From the IMG/VR virus record IMGVR_UViG_3300031587_000158: 64,000 nt of DNA; one strand, given 5' to 3'. Source of the DNA: an uncultured virus (IMG/VR IMGVR_UViG_3300031587_000158) (Duplodnaviria > Heunggongvirae > Uroviricota > Caudoviricetes). The number at the start of each line of letters is the position of its first letter. The stretch's first letter is position 1. The notes beneath the pieces are model-generated. The model had not been told where the DNA came from and ran no database searches. It worked only from the letters and a program-made list of their open reading frames with translations. The translations under genes were made by a program, and so were the position numbers. Below, piece by piece: positions 39,845 to 49,400 of this stretch.

Positions 39845-40269
39845 AGGAAATGGTGGAAGAAAAGGAAGTGGACTGGAAAAAAGTATTTACGGCTGCTCTT
39901 ATTGGAGACGTTGCTGATCTCTTCTTGGATCCAATACCAATCGTCGGGAAAGTTGTGGGGGATGCAATAGATATTACATTCACATTACCACAAATACGCA
40001 AAGAGCTGCCTGAAGCTGATAGAGATATGGCTTTTCTCGCAGCACTTGCAGAAACAATACCGATCGTGGAACTATTCCCAAACTGGGCTTTTTTAGCGGC
40101 AGGTAGTTATATCAGAGGTCAGGTACTCGGTAAAGAAGGATTACCACTACCAAAAGAGCTACTTGGAGCAAAGGGGAGTGCAAGTAAGAGGGAAGGTAAA
40201 ACTATTCTTGAGGAGTTAGGTCTTCCAGCGTTGGAGGAATTCCTGCCATCAATGAAAAAGAGGAAGTAG
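39841..40269 (+). CDS. Putative membrane-associated virion protein
   Basis: Hydrophobic D..D....IPIVG...D and E.IP.....P segments. Confidence 0.6.
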   Translation: MKEMVEEKEVDWKKVFTAALIGDVADLFLDPIPIVGKVVGDAIDITFTLPQIRKELPEADRDMAFLAALAETIPIVELFPNWAFLAAGSYIRGQVLGKEGLPLPKELLGAKGSASKREGKTILEELGLPALEEFLPSMKKRK

Positions 40270-40271
40270 CA

Positions 40272-40403
40272 ATGTACATTGAGGAGCTAGGAATACGTAT
40301 TTGCACAAAGGAAGATATAGAAGCATCTGTATCACCTCATGGCGAGACTAGCCACAAAATAAAACAGGTAGAGGACTATTTGAGACGAGCTGGTTTAAGG
40401 TGA
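40272..40403 (+). CDS. Small hypothetical protein (43 aa)
   Basis: Manual translation MYIEELGIRIC...; fills the gap between neighbours exactly. Confidence 0.5.
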   Translation: MYIEELGIRICTKEDIEASVSPHGETSHKIKQVEDYLRRAGLR

Positions 40404-40409
40404 CCTCCC

Positions 40410-41873
40410 ATGGGTGTATACGAAAGTATTAGCGATTTAAAAGAGAGGGAGGGCTGGTTAGATGTTATTTCCTATGGAACCACTGCCGAATATCCACATA
40501 CCCGTGGCTGGGGATCGTGGGAAGGTATAAGAGAGGTAATACAAAATAGTCTCGATGAGATGCAAGAGCTGACCAACGTAGCCTCGTATAAAAGTGAAGT
40601 AACCGCAGATGGTATCTCGATTTCAGATATTGGGCGCGGGTTAGGTGTCCATAACCTGCTCATAGGTAAGTCTGAGAAACCCCCGTGGGCACGGGGTAGG
40701 TTTGGGGAGGGGTTAAAGATAGGTCTTATGACCCTGCTCGTGCGAGGGTATGATGTAGAGGTATACTCAGGTAGCTATTATATAAAGCCAAAATTTGCGG
40801 ATATGAAATTTGCAAAAGTCGAGCCACCAGGTTATTTCATTGAAAAGATATTTGTTATCTGTTATAGAGCAATTACACCACCTGTAGAAGGAACAATTGT
40901 CAAGATAAAAGGATTGTTTGATGATTATCGAGAGAGAATAGCACTGAATTTGGATAAGTATGTAGTCTTTAAAGCATGGACCGTCGTTGCAGGGAAGACA
41001 TTTTATTACACGATTATGAACTTAGGCCCTGGTAGAAGAAAGATCTTCGTCAAGGATATATATGTTTCCGATGCGAATGACGTGGTAAAAGGAGGTGCTC
41101 TTTACTCATATAATTTAGTAAATGTGGTTCTTGATGAGTCAAGACGAATACCCTCATCAAGTTCTGTATTTGAGGAATTTGGTCGCATATACGCGGTATG
41201 TACTAACCGTGCTATCTGGAGGGATCTACTCTGGCTCATTAAAAGTGGTGAGGAAAAACTTGAGCGGCATATAGAGCTGCCCTACATAAAAGATTTAGAA
41301 GTACAAACCACTATCGCGGACGTATGGCTGGAAGTATATGGTACGAAGGCAGTTGTGATGACGAGATCCGATTTACGAGATTATGCGAGATGGCTTGGAT
41401 ATGAGCCAATTGATCTTCCTTATTACTACAAATATGTATTGGCTAAGTTTATCCCCACTGATGTCGCAATGGTGAATACCTTCCACGAAGCAAAACGGGG
41501 AAGGGTAGAAGAGAGAGAATACACCCCTTTAGTAGCTGACAGAATAGGGGTTGCGAAGCTTATTGCAGAAGAACTTAGTGTGATATATAAACGTCCAGCC
41601 CCTTCGGTGGAGGTATGGGAACTACCACCAGGTAGTAGGGGAGAGCATCATCGTGATGCAAATAGAATTGTTATATCAAAAAGGATAGTTGATGGCCCAT
41701 TATATGATTTCCTTGAGAATACTATGCACGAACTCACACACCATTATACAGGTGCTGAGGATGGGTCACCTGAAATGATAAGGGAGTTGGGTATACTTGC
41801 AGGGCACGTAAATGAACTATTGATCTCTAAACCGGAACTCGTTACAAGGATAAGGATGATGCTTGAAAAATGA
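40410..41873 (+). CDS. GHKL-type ATPase fused to a C-terminal zincin metallopeptidase-like domain
   Basis: REVIQNSLD (N-box), DIGRG (G1), GRFGEGLK (G2), GT; C-terminal HELTH (HExxH). Confidence 0.85.
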   Translation: MGVYESISDLKEREGWLDVISYGTTAEYPHTRGWGSWEGIREVIQNSLDEMQELTNVASYKSEVTADGISISDIGRGLGVHNLLIGKSEKPPWARGRFGEGLKIGLMTLLVRGYDVEVYSGSYYIKPKFADMKFAKVEPPGYFIEKIFVICYRAITPPVEGTIVKIKGLFDDYRERIALNLDKYVVFKAWTVVAGKTFYYTIMNLGPGRRKIFVKDIYVSDANDVVKGGALYSYNLVNVVLDESRRIPSSSSVFEEFGRIYAVCTNRAIWRDLLWLIKSGEEKLERHIELPYIKDLEVQTTIADVWLEVYGTKAVVMTRSDLRDYARWLGYEPIDLPYYYKYVLAKFIPTDVAMVNTFHEAKRGRVEEREYTPLVADRIGVAKLIAEELSVIYKRPAPSVEVWELPPGSRGEHHRDANRIVISKRIVDGPLYDFLENTMHELTHHYTGAEDGSPEMIRELGILAGHVNELLISKPELVTRIRMMLEK

Positions 41874-42076
41874 GTTACAAAGTCGTCAGGAAGACTAAAT
41901 GGGGGGACGTAACTATAAGAGGTGGATTCAAGTCAGCAGAATCTGCCGATATGTTCCGAACTGACTATAAAAAAGATACTCCGCATATTCCAGGCGAATT
42001 AGAGGTAGTAGAAGAGGAGGTGAAGACTATCGTTGATGAGGTGATGGAGGAGTTATGGCAGGGAAGAAAGAGATAA
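41870..42076 (+). CDS. Small hypothetical protein with tag-like C-terminus
   Basis: Ends VKTIVDEVMEELWQGRKR. Confidence 0.65.
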   Translation: MSYKVVRKTKWGDVTIRGGFKSAESADMFRTDYKKDTPHIPGELEVVEEEVKTIVDEVMEELWQGRKR

Positions 42077-42360
42077 TCAAAGAGATACTTAAAACGCTTG
42101 AAAAGAAAGAAGAAAAAAAGCTCATAAAAACGATAGAGTTGGACTGCCCTCCCGGACATCCAAGACCGGGTGACTTAATAGATGGTGTGATAGAGGGTAC
42201 AGGTCTGCCGAAAAAGGAGACTGTAAGTAGGTTCTTTGGTAACTGGACATGGGACTACTCAGAGATACCTGATGAGGAATGGAAGAGGATACGACCTATC
42301 CTGAAGGAGAGGATAACCAGACTCTACGAGTTGGGGGTAATCAGATACGGGAGTTGGTGA
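42055..42360 (+). CDS. Hypothetical protein with tag-like N-terminus
   Basis: KEIIKEILKTLEKK followed by IELDCPPG.PRPGD...IRYGSW. Confidence 0.75.
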   Translation: MAGKKEIIKEILKTLEKKEEKKLIKTIELDCPPGHPRPGDLIDGVIEGTGLPKKETVSRFFGNWTWDYSEIPDEEWKRIRPILKERITRLYELGVIRYGSW

Positions 42361-42361
42361 T

Positions 42362-42556
42362 ATGGTGAGAAAGATAGAAAAAGGAAAAGAGGTCTTGGTG
42401 AAGGAATTGCCTAAATGTGACTTCTGTGATATGAAAGCGCACTATGATGGGAAGACGATTATGGGACCTTGGGCAAATATGTGTGAACTGCATTTCAGGA
42501 AGTTTGGGGTCGGTTTGGGTGTCGGAAGAGGTTAGAAGCTTATCTTGAGAAAGTAA
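42362..42556 (+). CDS. Small Zn-binding viral protein with in-frame TAG near the C-terminus
   Basis: CDFC...YDGKTIMGPWANMC..H...GVGLGVGRG*KLILRK; TAG at 42533-42535. Confidence 0.7.
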
Positions 42557-42558
42557 AA

Positions 42559-42876
42559 ATGAGCGAAGAGACAATAGATAGAATAGTAAGAGAAGCATTT
42601 AGGAAGAAAAAGATAAGAGTACGAGAGGTTGGAGTTGAAAAAATAGTTCTTGATCCAGACGATCCAATTGGAACATGGGTGATAATACCAATAAGGTTCC
42701 ATCTTCCCTCTGATAGGTTAAATGACATCCAAAAGAAAATTCTCACTATTCTACAAGATGAAGAATTAAATATTGGGCAATCTGTAGGTGTGCTATTATT
42801 CCTTCTTGAAATGATTTTTTGTAATCAGGTATTTGATAAAAAAGTAAAGGACGTTATCGAAGAGTTAGTAAGATAA
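42559..42876 (+). CDS. Hypothetical protein with shared tag (DRIVREAFRKKK)
   Basis: 105-aa ORF. Confidence 0.75.
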   Translation: MSEETIDRIVREAFRKKKIRVREVGVEKIVLDPDDPIGTWVIIPIRFHLPSDRLNDIQKKILTILQDEELNIGQSVGVLLFLLEMIFCNQVFDKKVKDVIEELVR

Positions 42877-42877
42877 A

Positions 42878-43300
42878 ATGGCGAAAGAAATAATAGACGA
42901 GGTGTTCGGTGAAAAGAAAAGAAGTAGTAATAACGGACTCGTGAAATTTTGGCGAGAAGCTTTTGAGAAGAGACTCGGTGATGAGGGGTTAAAAGCCCTC
43001 AAAGAGTTAAACTCAAAATATAGAGAAATGGATTTATATCAGATCCATGAAATATTCCCAAAGATAAAAATAGGGAGTTTAAAGGGGGTTCTAGATGATT
43101 TGAATTGGATTTGTTTGGAAATTACCAAACCCGAAGGTCCAGTTTATTCCGCTTTCAAGGGAAAAATGGAAGAACTCGAGAGAGATTTAGAAAGGTTAAA
43201 AGAAGATGGATATTTTTCGGGTGCAGAGCCTGAGGAATGGAAAAAACTTGTTGAGGTTTTAGGGGTCGAAAAAACAAGAAAGATTTTTGCGAAGGGATAG
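42878..43300 (+). CDS. Hypothetical protein with shared tag (MAKEIIDEVFGEKK)
   Basis: 140-aa ORF. Confidence 0.8.
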   Translation: MAKEIIDEVFGEKKRSSNNGLVKFWREAFEKRLGDEGLKALKELNSKYREMDLYQIHEIFPKIKIGSLKGVLDDLNWICLEITKPEGPVYSAFKGKMEELERDLERLKEDGYFSGAEPEEWKKLVEVLGVEKTRKIFAKG

Positions 43301-43306
43301 AAACAG

Positions 43307-43891
43307 ATGGCAAAAGAGATTATAGACGAGGTATTTAGGAAAAAGAAGAGAAGGAGAAAAGAATTAGGGATAACCATAGGTAATCCCGAAATTCGCTTGG
43401 AGATACCTCGTGGAGCAATGGATTTTATTACAACAATGACCACGGGTTTCATCTACCACGAGGCTATTTTTGAAGGTAATACAATCACGATCTTCTCTGG
43501 TAAGATACCACTTGAAGAGGATATTGCCTCACTGTGTAGAGCCGAGGTTTTACCTATCGCCGTTACTGCACAAGCTATCAGAACGCCTTTTGGTCGAGTC
43601 CTTAGATTTGAGGTCAGGATGTATGATGACCCAGAGCATCCTTACATAGGGGAGGCTTGGGCAAATTTACTCGATAGTACACAAAAAGAAGGCGTAGAAA
43701 GACTAAAGACCCAAAGTAAAACTTTATTTTTATTATTCGATGCTAATAATGCAAGGAGATGTACAAAAGGGGTTACAATCTCACCTGAGTTTGGATATGG
43801 TCTTAATCTTGCTATCGATGCTGCGGAGGAGGATCCAGCGGTTAATTTTGATGATGCGAAGATGTGGGCAATGAGCCGAATACGACTATAG
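43307..43891 (+). CDS. Hypothetical protein with shared tag (MAKEIIDEVFRKKK)
   Basis: 194-aa ORF. Confidence 0.8.
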   Translation: MAKEIIDEVFRKKKRRRKELGITIGNPEIRLEIPRGAMDFITTMTTGFIYHEAIFEGNTITIFSGKIPLEEDIASLCRAEVLPIAVTAQAIRTPFGRVLRFEVRMYDDPEHPYIGEAWANLLDSTQKEGVERLKTQSKTLFLLFDANNARRCTKGVTISPEFGYGLNLAIDAAEEDPAVNFDDAKMWAMSRIRL

Positions 43892-43896
43892 AGAAA

Positions 43897-44511
43897 ATGG
43901 CAGGAAGACTCTTACCAGGGGATATATTTAACGCCCTAATCGAGATAAAGGATACTATTCCCCCCTTTCTTAGCATGATTGAGAATTTCAGGGAGCTATT
44001 CAAGCGAAGTAGTGATATAATGTGGTTTGATTACTTTATGATATGGGATGAAGCAAGGATGAAATTGGAAACAGAGAGGAATATACAGATGGGAATGGAG
44101 AGTTTCTTTAAAAATGTTCTTTATCCAGTAATCGATTCTCGTTTGAAAAAATTAAAGCCGATGAGCGATAAAGCAATGATTGCTCGTTATAACTGCCTTC
44201 ATCACGTATTAAAGGAAGTAGTGTCTGATCTTGAAGGGATGGAATCATCAATCTTAGAAATCATAGATGGATTGGCAACTAGACGACTAAGTATAGATCA
44301 GACCACTAAAGCTGTAAGGGGAAAAGATAGGTGGGAATTTACCATGGGCACTGAGGCGATAAGGCGCACAAGTTATTGGTGTATGACATTGACAGATTCT
44401 GTTATTCTTCAAGTGAAAAAAGTATCTGGTGAGGTAAAGAATGTTGGGGGGCTAATAGTTAGGCTCGCTGCAGATGAAGCGGCACTTAGAAAAGAGAGGG
44501 GGAGGAGGTAG
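43897..44511 (+). CDS. Helical/coiled-coil protein; paralog of 44517-45185
   Basis: Shared LP...N.LI.I...IP.F, VLYP and RL..DE.AL patterns. Confidence 0.75.
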   Translation: MAGRLLPGDIFNALIEIKDTIPPFLSMIENFRELFKRSSDIMWFDYFMIWDEARMKLETERNIQMGMESFFKNVLYPVIDSRLKKLKPMSDKAMIARYNCLHHVLKEVVSDLEGMESSILEIIDGLATRRLSIDQTTKAVRGKDRWEFTMGTEAIRRTSYWCMTLTDSVILQVKKVSGEVKNVGGLIVRLAADEAALRKERGRR

Positions 44512-44516
44512 AAAAA

Positions 44517-45185
44517 TTGCCGGGAGAAGAATTTTTACCGATCCATGCGTATAATACTCTAATCGGGATACGAAAGATTATACCTCATTTTCAAAGTGTT
44601 CTCGAGTTGTATAGGGATAACTTTGAACGAGATGTATGGTCTCCTGTACCTTACAAAGAGTGGAAACAAAGAGAGAGTTATTTAGAGCTGACAAAAAGTT
44701 TTCATATAGAAGTAGAGGGTTTTGTTGATAGAGTTCTTTATCCGACTCTCACAGCAGAGTTGACAGATTTAGTAGCAGCGAAAGAAAGAGCTGAGACTGC
44801 CCATTATGGGGGGCTTTTTAACAGATTAGTTGATGTAACGGCCTATCTTGGGGATATTATGACGGGTATCACAAGACTCTCTAATGAGCTAACAGATAGG
44901 CGTAAGAGTATCGATTTGGTCGAGGAGGCTATTAAGGAAAAAGACGAACGGAAATTCTCTGTTTTTTGTGAAGGATACACGTCTAATACAAAAGAGTGCT
45001 CGAGGACTATGAATCTTATCGTTGATGATATGACAATACTGTTAGGCAGAGTAAGGGATTCTGGAGATCTAACAGCTCGGCTCGTTTTGGATGAACTTGC
45101 GCTTTTGAGAGAAGAGAGAATAAGACGAGAAGAGAGAGAAAGAAGGAGAGAAGAAGAAAGCGGGCTTTCTGAATTATTCTACTGA
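44517..45185 (+). CDS. Helical/coiled-coil protein
   Basis: Tandem paralog of the upstream gene. Confidence 0.75.
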   Translation: MPGEEFLPIHAYNTLIGIRKIIPHFQSVLELYRDNFERDVWSPVPYKEWKQRESYLELTKSFHIEVEGFVDRVLYPTLTAELTDLVAAKERAETAHYGGLFNRLVDVTAYLGDIMTGITRLSNELTDRRKSIDLVEEAIKEKDERKFSVFCEGYTSNTKECSRTMNLIVDDMTILLGRVRDSGDLTARLVLDELALLREERIRREERERRREEESGLSELFY

Positions 45186-45186
45186 A

Positions 45187-45561
45187 ATGGCAGAAGAAAT
45201 AAAAGAAATAGGACTGCGATATTGCTGGGTCTGTGAAAAACCCTTCTACGAAGTTGATTACTGTAATAAGTGTACAACATTCAAATGTCCTAATTGTGGT
45301 TCATGTTTCTGTTCTCTTACACCTGAAGCTCGAAGGGCGGTTATAAACGCAATGAAGTCCTACGGTTTCTGGTTTAGCAATCCGAGAAAGAAACCAAGTG
45401 GAAAGGGTAAGTTGGTATTGGACATCTTCTTCAGCAAGCTGAAAGAAAGAGGTGTGGTTAAGGATTATGACGAATTTGAGCGAAGGATTAGTGAACTTAT
45501 AGAGCGATATTCAGATATACATGAAGAGGCAAGGAGAGAGGCTATGGAAGTTTTTAGGTAG
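45187..45561 (+). CDS. Zn-finger protein
   Basis: CWVC, CNKC and CPNCGSCFC. Confidence 0.75.
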   Translation: MAEEIKEIGLRYCWVCEKPFYEVDYCNKCTTFKCPNCGSCFCSLTPEARRAVINAMKSYGFWFSNPRKKPSGKGKLVLDIFFSKLKERGVVKDYDEFERRISELIERYSDIHEEARREAMEVFR

Positions 45562-45566
45562 ACAAA

Positions 45567-46238
45567 ATGGCAAAAGAGATGAAAGATATCGTTGATGAAC
45601 TCTTCGTAAGAGAGAGGAAGGAGAAAGAGCTGGGGGAGTATGTAAAAAGTTTGTGTAAAAAATATGGCGTTAAATACCGGTTCCTGAGTGAAAGAAAATA
45701 TGATAAGTCCGTTGTAGAAGAGATTAAGAGTAAATCAGTTGTGATATTTTTACCCGATCTCGCTGATGATCTTCAAATGTTAGGTGAAATACCAGAAGGT
45801 AGGAAGAAGGAGATTTTGGAGGAGATAATAAAACATGCGAATACTCATATCAGGCTTTTTGATGAGCTTGAAAGAAGGAGGATATCGGTTGGAGAGCAGA
45901 CAAGAATTGAATTTGTGCTTTGCAGTGAATTTTACGTGGCAAAAATCGCTCCTTTAAAAGAATTTGATCAGATGAAATATAATAAGTTGAGGATTGAGGC
46001 ATCAACAAAAGAAGGAAGATCTAAAATAGTTAAGAAAATACAGAAGAATGTGCTATATACCTCGAGTATTGTGATTCTATTTAGCGAGGATGAGATTAAA
46101 GAATTATTTGAACCTGATCAGCCAGTTGCTTGCGAGTTCCTTCTGATACTAAAAAATCTATATACAATAACAAATTCAGTTGATGATATTATTAAGAATG
46201 TAAAACTCATAAGATTCCTTGTGGGGTTTGCGAAATAG
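45567..46238 (+). CDS. Hypothetical protein with shared tag (KDIVDELFVRERK)
   Basis: 223-aa ORF; EEIIKHANTH may be a degenerate zincin motif. Confidence 0.75.
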   Translation: MAKEMKDIVDELFVRERKEKELGEYVKSLCKKYGVKYRFLSERKYDKSVVEEIKSKSVVIFLPDLADDLQMLGEIPEGRKKEILEEIIKHANTHIRLFDELERRRISVGEQTRIEFVLCSEFYVAKIAPLKEFDQMKYNKLRIEASTKEGRSKIVKKIQKNVLYTSSIVILFSEDEIKELFEPDQPVACEFLLILKNLYTITNSVDDIIKNVKLIRFLVGFAK

Positions 46239-46239
46239 A

Positions 46240-46599
46240 ATGCCTAAAAAGGGAATTTGGTACTTCTCGTACCCTGCAGATGGAAGCTTGAAAACGTTCC
46301 CGAAAGGGGTAACAGAGGTTAATGTATTAGATGGGGCAATCGTTTTTGGGGATGAAGAAAAAGGTAAGTTAAGCTCAAGTCTGCGAAATATCGGTGCCAC
46401 TAAAGCGGGTGGACTATACCTATATTCGGAAAAATTCGTGAAGCTGCAATTTGATAAACAGGACTGGATGCCTATACGAGCAGCAATACCTGTATTTTTT
46501 AATCAAATCCCATATAATTGCTTCCGACTTGATTTTTCTGAGGTTAGCTCCGGGTATTTTGTTATCTTCATTAGTAAGGAAATCTATTTCAAACATTGA
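46240..46599 (+). CDS. Hypothetical beta-rich protein
   Basis: ATG immediately after the upstream stop. Confidence 0.65.
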   Translation: MPKKGIWYFSYPADGSLKTFPKGVTEVNVLDGAIVFGDEEKGKLSSSLRNIGATKAGGLYLYSEKFVKLQFDKQDWMPIRAAIPVFFNQIPYNCFRLDFSEVSSGYFVIFISKEIYFKH

Positions 46600-46603
46600 G
46601 CCC

Positions 46604-47095
46604 ATGGTAGATAAGACTGAAAAGGTTATGAGGGAAAGATTAACTGCTGAACAACAGGATCTTATAAGATTAGGGCACAAAAACCCTTTTTATCAATATG
46701 TTCTGGACCACGGTAGAGATTTTATTCTTGAGCCTTTAACCGTGGATGAAACGATGAAATTAGCTTTTTCTAAAAAAAGGGTTAAACCAAAGCGAAAAGT
46801 GTGCTTTTCTAACGCATTACGGCTATGGCTTGATAACAATGATTTCAAATATTGCGAGGGATATATCTCTGCATTCCCTGATATGATACTAGTTCCAATA
46901 TACCACGCATGGAATTGTATACATGGGAAATTGGTAGATGTAACACTAGTTGGTTATCAATACTTCGGTGTTGAATTCAAAGATGAGGATGTTGATAAAC
47001 ACATCAAAATGATAATGAAGGATAAAGAATGGAGACCCATTATTGATGACTGGTGGCATGACTGGCCTTTCTTGCGAGAAAAGGGATATTTGTAA
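46604..47095 (+). CDS. Transglutaminase/papain-like Cys-His-Asp protein
   Basis: CFSNA...YCEGY...HAWN...VDVT. Confidence 0.7.
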   Translation: MVDKTEKVMRERLTAEQQDLIRLGHKNPFYQYVLDHGRDFILEPLTVDETMKLAFSKKRVKPKRKVCFSNALRLWLDNNDFKYCEGYISAFPDMILVPIYHAWNCIHGKLVDVTLVGYQYFGVEFKDEDVDKHIKMIMKDKEWRPIIDDWWHDWPFLREKGYL

Positions 47096-47127
47096 TGTTA
47101 ACTTTTTTAAAATAAAGCTCGCGCTAA

Positions 47128-48001
47128 TTAGATATATTTACTAATGATAATTCCAAAATCAAGTAAATACGTTCGTAATATCTCCTCTCGATCTTCTTGG
47201 TATTTTGTACAAAGCTCTTGCATCTTCTCTGGCATTGGTATTGCTTCTCCGCTATATTTATCTGCCTCCTGCTTTACATATCTATCCAACCAGAATACAT
47301 AAACTCCCGCTCCAACCGTCGGAACGGAGGCTTGCTTGGTGTACGCATCTAAGGTCTCTGACCATCTTATCTTCTCTATCTCGCTCTCGCTCTTACCAGT
47401 TTTACTCGCTACTATCTTTCGTACACGATCCCAAGTTTTGTACTCTCTTAATATATCACCGCCCCATATCCACCTTCCACTCCTCAAGCTATCCTCATTC
47501 TCTTCACATTCCATTTTCTCATGTACGACACTATCCAAAAGATTTACTGAATGAGCCTCTGATATGTAATGCTCAGTAGCCGTTAATACCCGGTAGTACC
47601 TCTTTCTCTCGCAGTCAAAAATAAAATGTAGCGATATGAGCGCAGGATCAAAAGTCATAAAAAAGGCCAGACAATATGGGATCTCTAAAAAAATGGCACT
47701 AATATCGAACCCAGATCCCTTTAGTCTCTTTACATCCTGGTTGGCATCGGTTTGATAAATTCCTTTGACTCAGGGAAGATGACTGGAATTTCCTCTGGTA
47801 CAACCGTCTTAACCCACGATCTTAATGCAGGTGGAACGAACTCCAACCCTGGAATTTCCCTCCTTAATCGTATGACAGCCAAGGTCTTACCACCCTCTTT
47901 AGTGTTTCGACATCCAGCTTGACATCAACTACCCTCTCCTCTTTACTCTCTCGTTTTTTAAAAGTCTTATCTACTATCTCAGCTACAATCTTCTTCTTCA
48001 T
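47128..48001 (-). pseudogene. Apparently frameshifted gene carrying the shared tag
   Basis: ATG 48001 gives MKKKIVAEIVDKTFKKR and stops at 47864; two successive -1 frames continue into ORF 47128-47658. Confidence 0.5.
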
Positions 48002-48189
48002 TTTTATATACAAAATAGTAATTCCTCAATAAAAATAAGGATGTAGGGAGCAAGTCACAACTAAAAGCAAATCGCTCCACTCGACCGCTCCAGTGACGAT
48101 AACGCTGTAGTTCAAGTAAGAAGAAGGTGATGAGTTGCGGTGGGAGTTAAAAGCGAAAACTTTTTATGCTCGACATACATGCTTATAAC

Positions 48190-48430
48190 CATGGCAGAAC
48201 TGCATAACGAGACGGTTGTGTATGTCACTACCCTTCTGGTACGCGTGAAGGAAGAGATAGAGCAGTCCCAGAGTGCGAGGCTAGCAGTCGGGTTCCTTGA
48301 GAAGGATGCAAGGCGGTTCATGGAGGAACTCGATCGAATTAAAGTAACTATTGGAGCCGAAAAGCCAGAAGACTATCCAGAGACACATCCGAAGCGCTAC
48401 AGCGGGATTCTAGAAACACCGGTGGAATAA
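48190..48430 (+). CDS. Small helical hypothetical protein (likely start MAELHNE near 48191)
   Basis: ORF downstream of a BRE/TATA-like GAAAACTTTTTATG. Confidence 0.5.
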
Positions 48431-48541
48431 GCAATTTAACCTTAGCTGCAATAATAGGGCAGCTAGCGATGGCTCTTAGCTTGGCTTATTATCTATGCTA
48501 CAGCGTTAATTCAAAGTCTTGAAAATAGTGAGAAGATAAAA

Positions 48542-49381
48542 ATGGCTGAAGAAATAATCGATGAGATTATCAGAAAACATTTTGCCGGGTTCATGATATT
48601 CCGCTACCCTAAATGGGAGTTCAAGCAGAATAGCCGAAGGACATATGAACTCGCAAGAGCGATTTATAATCAATTCCCTCAAAGAAAGCTGATTAAAAGG
48701 GAAATTGTAAAGAGGGAAATACCGAAAGGGGAGACTTTAAGATACTTTGATCTGGATGCTAAGAGGATGACTACGATACTATTTCTCCTGCCATATCCTG
48801 ATGTCATACTAAAAGAGGGGGAAACTGTGTGGATGTCAATAGCCCCGTGGGAACTGGATATGATGAGGCACTATGCCGACCTATCAAGAGGATCCATATT
48901 GGCGGGGGGTCTCGGACTGGGGATTTATCAATATTTTGCAAATCTCAGGAAACCTCTCGTCAGGGAGATAGACGCGGTGGAAATTGATAGTGAATGCATA
49001 GATCTCGTTCAGTCATTTGTTCCTGAAACTAAGATTGTCCAAGGAGACTTCTGGGAGTATCTTGAATCAACATCGAAAAGATATGACACAGTATTTGTGG
49101 ATATATGGCCGGGTGTGATCACTGCATATGATGATTATAAGAGAGCTAAGGAGGGAGCTAAGAAAGTCCTAAAACCTACAGGTAGATCAATAGTTTGGAT
49201 GGAAGAGCTGCTTAAGGTTATAGAGAGGAGACTACCAAAAGAACCCATGGCTCCAACAGGTGCCTTTGGATATTACGAACCCTGCCTGATATGTGGAAAG
49301 ATTCTTAGAAATGATTATGCCGGATTGTGTATGGACTGCGCTGATGGACTGGGTGTGAGTGAGCTGTTTGTTCGACGGTGA
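48542..49381 (+). CDS. Class I SAM-dependent methyltransferase (spermidine-synthase-like fold) with shared tag and C-terminal Zn finger
   Basis: GGLGLG, VEID, GDFWEYL, YDTVFVDIW; CLIC/CMDC; leader MAEEIIDEIIRK. Confidence 0.85.
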   Translation: MAEEIIDEIIRKHFAGFMIFRYPKWEFKQNSRRTYELARAIYNQFPQRKLIKREIVKREIPKGETLRYFDLDAKRMTTILFLLPYPDVILKEGETVWMSIAPWELDMMRHYADLSRGSILAGGLGLGIYQYFANLRKPLVREIDAVEIDSECIDLVQSFVPETKIVQGDFWEYLESTSKRYDTVFVDIWPGVITAYDDYKRAKEGAKKVLKPTGRSIVWMEELLKVIERRLPKEPMAPTGAFGYYEPCLICGKILRNDYAGLCMDCADGLGVSELFVRR

Positions 49382-49400
49382 TAAATTTTAGAGAGATAAG

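Noticed and set aside
45187..45220. MAEEIKEIG as a full copy of the shared tag
   Set aside because: It matches only the first five residues and lacks the hydrophobic-Phe and basic tail; not counted.
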